From the NCBI GenBank assembly GCA_039589315.1, contig JBDHHQ010000013.1, positions 96,001-160,000 on the forward strand: a stretch of DNA of 64,000 nt, read 5' to 3'. A program made the translations under genes and the position numbers. How positions within the stretch are numbered: the stretch's first letter is position 1; every line of letters begins with the position of its first letter. The notes below the pieces were generated by a model. The model worked only from the letters and a program-made list of their open reading frames with translations. It was not told the origin of the DNA and searched no databases. This stretch comes from Gemmatimonadota bacterium (lineage in GTDB: Bacteria; Gemmatimonadota; Gemmatimonadetes; Longimicrobiales; Gaopeijiaceae). Below, in pieces: positions 56,200-64,000 of the stretch.

Positions 56200-59100
56200 A
56201 ATGAACAGGAACGGCCACGCCCAGGTGCTGCGCGTGATTCGGCAGGTACGCCGGCGCTGGCGTCTGCGGGTCGCGCTGAGAGGCCTCGCGGTCGTGCTGG
56301 GGTTGGGGTTCGTGGCATTCGCCGCCTCGGCCCTGGGCATGGACTTCTTCCGTTTCACGCCCCGAGCCGTGACGGGCTTTCGGGTCCTCGCCTACGTGGC
56401 GCTCGTGGCGCTGGCCGTCTGGTTCCTCGTTCGCCCGCTGCTGCGCCGGGTCACCGACCAGCAGGTCGCCCTCTACCTCGAAGAGCACGAGCCCACGTTG
56501 GAGGCGGCCCTCCTGAGCGCCCTCGAGCTGGGCGACGGAGGGAACGCCGGGCACCCGTCGCCCGAGCTGTTGGGCCGGATGGTCCAACAAGCGGTGGACC
56601 GCTGTCGCGCCGTGGAGTACGGCCGGAGGGTCGAAGCCCACGGGCTTCAGCGGTCCACCGGCGTCCTCGCGGGCCTGGTGGCGCTGGTGGCGCTGGTCGT
56701 CGCGTTCGGCCCGGCTCCGCTGCGGAACGGCGTCTCCGCCCTGCTCTTCCCGGTACGGGACGCCGCGGCGGTGAACCCCTACTCCATCATCGTGCTTCCC
56801 GGCGACACCACCGTGGCACGGAACTCGGATCAGGCGGTGCTGGCCGAGCTGCACGGCTTCGAGTCGCCGGACGTGGCGCTGGTGACGAGGAGCACGGCCG
56901 ACAACACCTTCCGGCGGCTGTCCATGCTGCCCGCCGACTCGGGGCGGTTCGAGATCCTGCTCCTCGACGTGGCCGACGAGACGGAGTACTACGTGGAGTC
57001 CTCCGGCGTCCGCTCGGAGACGTTCACGATCGAGGTCGCGGACCTGCCCTACGTCGACGAGCTGAAGCTGGTCTACCACTTCCCGGCCTACACCGGTCTG
57101 GAGCCGCGAACCGTCGAAAACGGCGGCGACATCGCCGCTCTGGCCGGCACGCGGGTCGAGCTGCACGCGAAGCCGACGATCTCCACGCCTGCGGGTGTCC
57201 TCTGGGTGGACGAGGCGTCCCAGGAGCTCGAGCGGCAGGAGGACGGCAGCTTCGCCGGTCAGATCGTCGTGCGCCAGGACGGGTACTACCGCATCGAGCT
57301 CGCGGGGCCCAACGGGGACCCCGTGCCGGCGTCGCCCCAGTACACCATCGACGTACTGACCGACCAACCGCCCGCGATCTCCTTCAACACGCCGGGTCGC
57401 GACATCCAGGCGAGCCCCATCGACGAGGTCCTGGTGGAGGCTCGGGCAGACGACGACTTCGGCGTCGGGTCCCTGGACCTGATCTACTCGGTGAACGGTG
57501 AGCCCGAGGATACGGTGAACCTCTACCGGAAGAGCGGCGCCGGGCTCGCTGAGGTCGTGGCCACGCACACGTTCTTCCTCGAGGAGTGGGAGCTCGAGCC
57601 AGGAGACGTGATCTCGTACTACGCCACCGTGCGGGACAACAACGGCGGCAACGGCGAGGTGATCACCAGCGACCTCTACTTCATACAGGCTCGTCCCTTC
57701 GGGCGGGACTACCGGCAGGCCGACCAGGCAGGTGGGCCGCCGCAGGGGGGCGGCGGCGCGGCCCTGGAGGGGGCCCTGTCCGAGCTCCAGCGCCAGGTCA
57801 TCGCGGCCACCTTCAACCTGATTCGGGACCGCGAGTCCTACGACGAGGAATCGTTCCGCGAGAACCTCGTGAGCGTCGGCCTGGCCCAGGGCCGCTTGCG
57901 CGAGCAGGTCGAAACCCTGGCCCGGCGCATGGCGAACCGAGGCATCTTCGAGACCGACCCGCGCATGCGGGACATCGGCGAAGCCCTCCCGTTGGCCGCC
58001 GAGGCCATGAAGGAGGCCGAGGACCGTCTTGAAGAGCAGGCCCCGAAAGAGGCCCTTGGGCCAGAGCAGCGAGCCCTCCAGCTCGTGCTCAAAGCAGAGG
58101 AGACGTTCGAGCGAACGGTGGGAGAGGGCCAACAGGGCGGTGGTGGCGGTGGCGGCGCCCAGGCCGAGGAGCTGGCCGACCTGTTCGAGCTCGAGCTCGA
58201 CAAGCTGAAGAACCAGTACGAGACGGTTCAGCGCGGCCAGCAACAGCAGCAGGACAATCAGCTCGACGAGACGCTGGAGCGGCTGAAGGAGCTGGCCCGC
58301 CGCCAGCAGCAGGAGGCGGAGCGCCAACGCCGGCGGGCTGCCGCGGGCCAGCAGGGTGGAGGCGGCGGGGGTGACAGCCAACGCGCCCTGGCGGACGAGA
58401 CGGAGGAAGCGGCGCGCCAACTGGAGCGCTTGGCCCGGGAGACCCAGTCCCAGGACCTCATGGACGCGTCCCGAAGGCTCCAGGAGGCGGCCGACGCCAT
58501 GCGCCGGTCGGCCGGGTCCCAGGGCAACGCCTCCACCGCCGAGGCCACCTCGGCCCTGGACCGGCTGGAGGACGCCCAAAGGAGGCTCGAGGAGCAGCGC
58601 GACGCCCGGCTCCGGCGAGACGTTGCGGACGCCCGGCAGCGAGCCGAGGAGCTCGCCCGAGAGCAGGAACGGATGCGAGAGGACGTGGCGGACCTTCAGA
58701 GGGGCGGCTTCGGCGGCGTCCAGCAGCTCGAGCGCCTGATGGAGCGAAAGGACGCCATGTTCGAGGAGGTGGCGGATCTGGAGAGGCAGCTCGACCGAGC
58801 CGCCGCCGAGGCGCTCCGGGAAGATCAGCGGGAGGCGGCCGGCAAGATCCAGGAGGCGGCCGGCGGAATCCGCGACGACAAGCTGAAGGAGAAGATCCGG
58901 TTCTCCAAGGGCGTCGCCCAAGAGCGGGACGCCACCTATGCCGATGCCTTCGAGGAGCAGATCGCGCGGGACATCGAGCGTCTGGGTCAGCGTCTCGAAG
59001 ACGCGGAGGGGGCCATCGGCTCGGGACCCCGGGACCGCATGGCCGAGGCCCTGGACCGGACCCGCGAGCTGGTCCGGGGAATGGAGTCCATGGAGGAACG

Positions 59101-59809
59101 GCTCCGTCAGGGCGCGGGACAGCAGGGCGAGGAGCGTGGCCAGGCGGGACAGGATGGCCAACAGCCGGACGGGCAGCCGGGGGAAGGCCAACAGGGCCAA
59201 GGCCAACCAGGCGAAGGCCAACAGGGTGAGCGCCAGCAGGGCGAGGGCCAACAGGGCGGCGAGCAGGCCGGCGGCCAGCGGCGCCTGGAAGGCAGCGACC
59301 AGGCTGGCGGACGCCAAGGACGGGGCGGACAGCAGGCTCAGGGACAGCCCACGGGCGATCCCTCGGGCGGTCAGCCCGATCAGACCGGCGGGCGCCCCGA
59401 CGGCGGCGGCCCCCCGCCGCCGGGCGGTGGGTTTGGCGGTGACCGGCGAGCGGAGCTCTCACCCGATCAGGTCCGACAGTTCCGACGGGAAGCGGGCCGA
59501 AGGGAACAGGAGGCCCGGGAGCTCCGCAACCTGCTGCAGGAAGAGGGCCGAGAGGTCCAGGACCTCGATGACGTGATCGACTCCCTGGAGGCATTGCAAC
59601 GGACGCGTGTGTACGGCGATCCCGTGGAGCTGGCCCGCCTCCAGGACGAAGTGATCGAGGGTCTGCGCCGCTTCGAGTTCGCGCTGCGCCGTGAGCTGAC
59701 CGTTGACGGCGACCGGGTATTCCTCGGCGGGTCGGACGAAGTGCCCCCCGCCTATCGCGACCTCGTGGAGGAGTACTACCGGGCGCTGTCCCGGGATCCG
59801 GGCCGGTAG
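56186..59809 (+). CDS. Large membrane-anchored coiled-coil protein (DUF4175-like)
   Basis: Three N-terminal TM helices, beta-rich middle ('DQPP', 'ADDDFG'), long E/Q/R coiled coil, GQ-rich linker, C-terminal 'VPPAYRDLVEEYYRAL'. Confidence 0.85.
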   Translation: MSVRRMNRNGHAQVLRVIRQVRRRWRLRVALRGLAVVLGLGFVAFAASALGMDFFRFTPRAVTGFRVLAYVALVALAVWFLVRPLLRRVTDQQVALYLEEHEPTLEAALLSALELGDGGNAGHPSPELLGRMVQQAVDRCRAVEYGRRVEAHGLQRSTGVLAGLVALVALVVAFGPAPLRNGVSALLFPVRDAAAVNPYSIIVLPGDTTVARNSDQAVLAELHGFESPDVALVTRSTADNTFRRLSMLPADSGRFEILLLDVADETEYYVESSGVRSETFTIEVADLPYVDELKLVYHFPAYTGLEPRTVENGGDIAALAGTRVELHAKPTISTPAGVLWVDEASQELERQEDGSFAGQIVVRQDGYYRIELAGPNGDPVPASPQYTIDVLTDQPPAISFNTPGRDIQASPIDEVLVEARADDDFGVGSLDLIYSVNGEPEDTVNLYRKSGAGLAEVVATHTFFLEEWELEPGDVISYYATVRDNNGGNGEVITSDLYFIQARPFGRDYRQADQAGGPPQGGGGAALEGALSELQRQVIAATFNLIRDRESYDEESFRENLVSVGLAQGRLREQVETLARRMANRGIFETDPRMRDIGEALPLAAEAMKEAEDRLEEQAPKEALGPEQRALQLVLKAEETFERTVGEGQQGGGGGGGAQAEELADLFELELDKLKNQYETVQRGQQQQQDNQLDETLERLKELARRQQQEAERQRRRAAAGQQGGGGGGDSQRALADETEEAARQLERLARETQSQDLMDASRRLQEAADAMRRSAGSQGNASTAEATSALDRLEDAQRRLEEQRDARLRRDVADARQRAEELAREQERMREDVADLQRGGFGGVQQLERLMERKDAMFEEVADLERQLDRAAAEALREDQREAAGKIQEAAGGIRDDKLKEKIRFSKGVAQERDATYADAFEEQIARDIERLGQRLEDAEGAIGSGPRDRMAEALDRTRELVRGMESMEERLRQGAGQQGEERGQAGQDGQQPDGQPGEGQQGQGQPGEGQQGERQQGEGQQGGEQAGGQRRLEGSDQAGGRQGRGGQQAQGQPTGDPSGGQPDQTGGRPDGGGPPPPGGGFGGDRRAELSPDQVRQFRREAGRREQEARELRNLLQEEGREVQDLDDVIDSLEALQRTRVYGDPVELARLQDEVIEGLRRFEFALRRELTVDGDRVFLGGSDEVPPAYRDLVEEYYRALSRDPGR
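59171..59260 (+). repeat. Three imperfect 30-bp tandem repeats encoding GQPGEGQQGQ-like units
   Basis: gggcagccgggggaaggccaacagggccaa / ggccaaccaggcgaaggccaacagggtgag / cgccagcagggcgagggccaacagggcggc. Confidence 0.8.
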
Positions 59810-59940
59810 CCGCGCCGGCGCCATCGCGCCGCGGGGGCCGGCCCGGCCCAAGGGCTGATCAGGCTTAGCTTTCGGCCTGTTCCGGCCGACGACCAGGGAG
59901 GAGGGTTTCCCGACCATCACTCCGTCCTGGTCCGTTCTCC

Positions 59941-62900
59941 ATGTGGAACATCCTCGGGGCACGGGGTCGCGCGCTCCTGTGCGTACCCGCCGTGATCGCC
60001 CTAGGCTCGTGTGACACCACCCAACCTGACGTCGGCACAGTGGCAGGGTCCGTCACCGTCGAGGGCTCGCCCCTGGTGGGAATCGAGATCCGGCTCGTCG
60101 GGGCCACCAGCGTGTCTCAGACCACTGATGAGGCGGGCGGCTATCGTTTCGAGGCGGCCAGCGGCAACTATGTGGTAGAGATGGCGACCCACCCGGCGGA
60201 CGCGTCCTTCGTCGAGACATCGCGCACGCTGACGATCTCCCGCGGGCAGGTGGAGACGCTCGTCTTCACTGGCTCCTGGATCCGGACGTCGGCCATCGGC
60301 GGGCACGTCTCCACGGATCTCGCCCCGCTGGAGGGCCTTTGGGTGATCGCGTCCGGGCCGAGCACCGCTGAGGCCCTGACGGACGGGGAGGGGCACTATT
60401 CGCTCACCGGACTGCGCGCGGGAGCCTACGAGGTCACCCTCGACGGCTATGACCCCGAGCGTTACGCGTTCCCGTCGGCGAGCGCCGAGGTCTCTCCGGG
60501 GATTGACGAGACGGTTTCGGTGGACTTCGTCGGGGTCGTCAGACCTCCCCTCGCTCCGGTCGGCGTGACCGCGGCGAGCGACGGTCCGTACGAAGTCGCC
60601 GTGAGCTGGCAGGACGTCAGCTCGTACGAGACCGAGTACAGAGTGGAGAGACGCCAGGGCGAAGCTGCCTGGGAGGTGCACCTGGTGGTGGGTGCCGACG
60701 CAGACGGGATGTCGGACGAAAACCTCATTCCGGGAACCTGGTATGCGTACCGAGTGCGGGCGTGCAACGAGGTCGGCTGTTCGGAGTCCGCCGAGGAGGC
60801 GCAGGCGCGCACGGACCAGATACCCCCCGCGCCACCGACGTCTCTGCGAGCCGCTTCGGTCGATGCCAACACGGTAGACCTCTCCTGGGGGGATCGGAGC
60901 TTCAACGAGGTCGGCTTCCACGTGTTCCGCCTGGACCCCGGCGAGACGACGTGGGCCGAGGTGGCGGTCACCCGGGCGGCGGCGACGGCCTACACCGACA
61001 CCGGCCTCACGCCGGACTCGGAGTACGGCTACCGTGTTCGATCCTGCAACGAGGTCGGTTGCTCGACGTTCACGAGCGACGCCGCTGCGGCCACTCCTCC
61101 TCTTCCCCCGGCGGCCCCCTCGGGACTCGCGGCTGTCGCGGTGGGATCGAGCCAGATCGACCTGGTATGGCACGACGGAAGTGAGAATGAAGACGGCTTT
61201 CGGCTCGACCGACGTCAGGATGGACAGTCCGCCTGGACCGACGCGGCCCAGGTCGGAGCCGATGTCACGGGCTACGTCGACCAGGGCCTGGTGCCCGGGA
61301 CCGCGTACAGCTACCGGCTCAGAGCCTGCAACCTCGGCGGCTGTTCGGCATACACCGCTGAAGCCGGCGCCGAAACCGACCAGATCCCACCCCCTGCGCC
61401 GGCCGACCTGGCCGCCACCGCCACGGGTGAGGACCGCATCGCCCTGACGTGGACCTTCCACGGACCCAACGCCGAGGACGTCCGTGTCGAGCGGCGTGTC
61501 GAGGCCGAGACGGACTGGGTCGAGGTGGCCGTGAAAAAACCGACGGCCACGAGCCACGTGGATCGGGGGCTCGAGGTGGGAACCACCTACGAGTATCGGC
61601 TGCGCGCCTGCAACGACGTCGGCTGCTCGGCGCATTCACCGGCCGCTTCCGCCACCACGCAGGCGCCTCCCGGGGACAACCTGTCCATCGCGGCGGTGCA
61701 CCTGACCCAGGCGGTTCAAACCCTCGACGGGTCCGTCCCGCTGATCGACGACCGGGACGGCCTCCTGCGGGTCTTCGTGACGGCGAGCGCCGCCAACACG
61801 CACCAGCCCGAGGTCCGCGTGCGCCTCTATCTGGGAGCCTCCCTCGTCGAGACGCACACCCTGCCGGCTCCGTCCACGTCGGTTCCCACCAGCGCCGACC
61901 CGGGGTCTCTGGACGCGTCGTGGAATCTGACCGTGCCCGGGTACCTGGTCGCTCCCGGCCTCGCCGTGCGGGTCGACGTGGACCCCGACGACCGGGTGCC
62001 GGAGACGAACGAGGCCGACAACGCCTATCCGTCCTCCGGCACGCGCTCGTTCGACGTGCGCGAGCCGCCTCCCTTCGGCATCGTCTTCGTGCCCGTGCGC
62101 CAGAGCGTCAACGGCCTGGAGGGCGAGCCCGGCGACGGCTCGGCTTTCCTCACGCTCGCCAGCAGGCTGTTTCCCGTCAGCGGCTACAACGTGCAGGTGC
62201 GGACCACGTACGTGACCGACGCCGCCGAGCTCCAGTCCGACGACGGCAACGACGCGTGGGCCGCCGTCCTCGGCGAGATGCTCGCGCTCCGGGCCGCCGA
62301 CGGCTCGAGCGCCCACTACTACGGGGTGGTGAAAGTGGGCTACTCCGGCGGGGTCGCCGGCATGGGCTACGTGGGGGCGCCGGCAGCGGTCGGGTGGGAC
62401 AAGCAAGGAAGCTCCGGGATCGCCGCCCACGAGCTGGGTCACAACCTCGGCCGTAGACACGCGCCGTGCGGCGGCGCAGGCAACCCAGATCCGTCCTATC
62501 CGTACTCCGGCGGCTCCATCGGCGCCGTCGGGTACGACCCCGGGTCGGGCGCGTTGCGGTCGCCAGCCACGTACAAGGACCTCATGGGGTACTGCAATCC
62601 CGATTGGATCAGCGACTACACGTACGCGGGAATCCTCGGGTTCCTGGAGCGGAGCGGCGCGCCCCCCGCATCGCCGATTCGCGAGGCTTCCGGCCCGGGC
62701 CTCCTGATCTGGGGACGCATCGGCGCATCCGGCGCCGTCCTGGAGCCCGCCTTCGAGGTCGAGGCGCCCCCTCTGCTCCCCACTCGATCCGGACCCTACC
62801 GGGTTCGAGGACTGGACGACCAGGGCCGGGAGCTCTTCTCGGTTCCGTTCCAGGGAGCGGAGCTACCCGCCGAGGCCGGCGGCGGACACCACTTCGCAAT

Positions 62901-63225
62901 GGTGTTGCCGCTCGACCGGTTCGACCGAGACGCACTGAGGACCGTTCAGCTGGATGGACGCTCCGTCCAGGTGGCCAGAACCGTGCCGACGGCCGGTGGG
63001 CCGGGGCTCGACCAGCTCTCCGCCGGGTCCACCGCTGCGGGCGAGACCACGCTCAGATGGAACGCAGAGCGGTTCCCCATGGCGCTGGTGCGGGACGCGA
63101 CTACGGGCCGGATCGTCTCATTCGCCCGAGGTGGCGAGGTGCGTCTGCCGGCCGTCGGCCCCGATCTGGAGGTATCCTTCTCGAACGGCGTACGGTCCCA
63201 CGCGCGCCGGCTGCGGGTCCGCTAG
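59941..63225 (+). CDS. Surface lipoprotein: two carboxypeptidase-regulatory-like domains, four fibronectin type III repeats and an M66-like metzincin protease domain
   Basis: Lipobox 'LGSC'; four 'YR.R.CN..GCS' repeats; 'HELGHNLGRRHAPCG'; Met-turn 'DLMGYC..DWISDYTY'. Confidence 0.85.
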   Translation: MWNILGARGRALLCVPAVIALGSCDTTQPDVGTVAGSVTVEGSPLVGIEIRLVGATSVSQTTDEAGGYRFEAASGNYVVEMATHPADASFVETSRTLTISRGQVETLVFTGSWIRTSAIGGHVSTDLAPLEGLWVIASGPSTAEALTDGEGHYSLTGLRAGAYEVTLDGYDPERYAFPSASAEVSPGIDETVSVDFVGVVRPPLAPVGVTAASDGPYEVAVSWQDVSSYETEYRVERRQGEAAWEVHLVVGADADGMSDENLIPGTWYAYRVRACNEVGCSESAEEAQARTDQIPPAPPTSLRAASVDANTVDLSWGDRSFNEVGFHVFRLDPGETTWAEVAVTRAAATAYTDTGLTPDSEYGYRVRSCNEVGCSTFTSDAAAATPPLPPAAPSGLAAVAVGSSQIDLVWHDGSENEDGFRLDRRQDGQSAWTDAAQVGADVTGYVDQGLVPGTAYSYRLRACNLGGCSAYTAEAGAETDQIPPPAPADLAATATGEDRIALTWTFHGPNAEDVRVERRVEAETDWVEVAVKKPTATSHVDRGLEVGTTYEYRLRACNDVGCSAHSPAASATTQAPPGDNLSIAAVHLTQAVQTLDGSVPLIDDRDGLLRVFVTASAANTHQPEVRVRLYLGASLVETHTLPAPSTSVPTSADPGSLDASWNLTVPGYLVAPGLAVRVDVDPDDRVPETNEADNAYPSSGTRSFDVREPPPFGIVFVPVRQSVNGLEGEPGDGSAFLTLASRLFPVSGYNVQVRTTYVTDAAELQSDDGNDAWAAVLGEMLALRAADGSSAHYYGVVKVGYSGGVAGMGYVGAPAAVGWDKQGSSGIAAHELGHNLGRRHAPCGGAGNPDPSYPYSGGSIGAVGYDPGSGALRSPATYKDLMGYCNPDWISDYTYAGILGFLERSGAPPASPIREASGPGLLIWGRIGASGAVLEPAFEVEAPPLLPTRSGPYRVRGLDDQGRELFSVPFQGAELPAEAGGGHHFAMVLPLDRFDRDALRTVQLDGRSVQVARTVPTAGGPGLDQLSAGSTAAGETTLRWNAERFPMALVRDATTGRIVSFARGGEVRLPAVGPDLEVSFSNGVRSHARRLRVR

Positions 63226-63282
63226 CCCGGGTCCGACATCGCCCGAGAGTGGCGCGGCACCACCGGGAAGACCCGGTGCCGG

Positions 63283-64000
63283 CTAACCCTGGGCGGTGGG
63301 ATCCGGACCCGGCCGGCCGAGCTCGGCCTCGACGGCTTCACGGATGGGATCCACCGACGTTCCGAATCCGTACACCCGGCCGACTTCCCGCAGCTCTCGA
63401 TCCAGGATCACCGTGTACGGCAGGCCCCGGTAGCCGTACCGCTCCTTCAGCTTTCCGCCACCGCGGGCGTTGGGATACCCCACGCCCCCGATCTCCCGCA
63501 GGAAGTCCCTGCCCTCGCCCGCTACGACGTCCTCGTTCAGGCCGATGACCGAGACCTCGGAAGGGTCCAGGCCGCGGGCCCACGCATCCAGCGCGGGCAT
63601 CTCCCGACGGCATGGCCCGCACCAGCTGGCCCAGAAGTTGATCACCACCACCTTGCCCCGGTGATCCGCCAGGCGCAGGACGCCTTCTCCGTCCAGGCTC
63701 GGCAGATCGAACGGCGCGAAGGCCACCCGGTCCGGCGCAGCCGTCCGGGACAGCACCTCACTGGGCTCCAGGCTGTAGACGTGGCCCGAAGGAGACGCGA
63801 AGATCGCCGCACCGGGCTCCACCGCACCCGTTCGCAACAGCTCCCCCGTGGGCTCGAACACCAGCAGCACGTCCGCCCGGCCCAGAGCGGGCTCCGAGGC
63901 TGCCAGCACGTAGATCAAACCATCCGGACCTACCACGACCCCGTACTGGACGATCTCGAACTCCGGCGTGACTTGCCCCTCCACTGCCTTCAGGCGCGGC
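63283..64000 (-). CDS. TlpA/ResA-like thioredoxin fused to an N-terminal beta-rich domain; 5' end outside the window
   Basis: '[18 protein letters not shown]', 'GLPYT'; reading frame stays open to the window edge. Confidence 0.85.
   Translation of the reverse strand, partial: PRLKAVEGQVTPEFEIVQYGVVVGPDGLIYVLAASEPALGRADVLLVFEPTGELLRTGAVEPGAAIFASPSGHVYSLEPSEVLSRTAAPDRVAFAPFDLPSLDGEGVLRLADHRGKVVVINFWASWCGPCRREMPALDAWARGLDPSEVSVIGLNEDVVAGEGRDFLREIGGVGYPNARGGGKLKERYGYRGLPYTVILDRELREVGRVYGFGTSVDPIREAVEAELGRPGPDPTAQG

Noticed and set aside
56015..59317. 1100-aa antisense ORF, and many other long overlapping ORFs such as 38556-40457, 7812-9506 and 17274-18962
   Set aside because: Shadow frames of real high-GC genes; no motifs, and composition mirrors the sense codons.
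44252..59809. Interpretation as a MoxR-vWA ternary conflict/defence system or a secretion system
   Set aside because: No effector, nuclease, NTPase-fused or secretin-like components recognised; most products are exported, fitting the Bat-like class better.
60547..61665. Recurring TGCAAC...GGCTG-like DNA motifs as a CRISPR or ncRNA array
   Set aside because: They are the in-frame coding repeats of four Fn3 domains, about 280-290 bp apart.

Overview
High-GC bacterial chromosomal segment. Gene content (DUF5916, PorV-like barrel, TonB-dependent receptor plus DUF4249-like lipoprotein, many exported peptidases) suggests Gemmatimonadota or a relative; this is inference. About 50 densely packed CDSs. 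The left two thirds is mostly housekeeping and metabolic: ctaB fragment, DmpA peptidase, serA with a class V aminotransferase, typA, M20 peptidase, deoxyhypusine-synthase-like, D-aminoacylase, ABC-class ATPase, DtxR/MntR regulator, HDAC family, D-cysteine desulfhydrase family, threonine ammonia-lyase, DEAD-box helicase, LMW-PTP with fructosamine kinase, HU, K+ channel, infA and ferritin. The right third is a roughly 15.5 kb, nine-gene co-directional MoxR/vWA operon: two DUF4159 paralogs, three MIDAS vWA proteins, a caspase/C13-fold protein without the catalytic Cys, a TPR-gluzincin protease and a 1200-aa coiled-coil membrane protein. It is followed by an Fn3-repeat metzincin lipoprotein and a truncated TlpA thioredoxin. 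Best candidates for undescribed biology are this operon, a cassette of three small membrane/lipoprotein ORFs with its own operator-like palindrome and terminator (4455-5484), and a catalytically degenerate DeaD-like pseudo-helicase. No rRNA, tRNA, CRISPR array, transposase or prophage was recognised. All family calls are by motif recognition, not database search.
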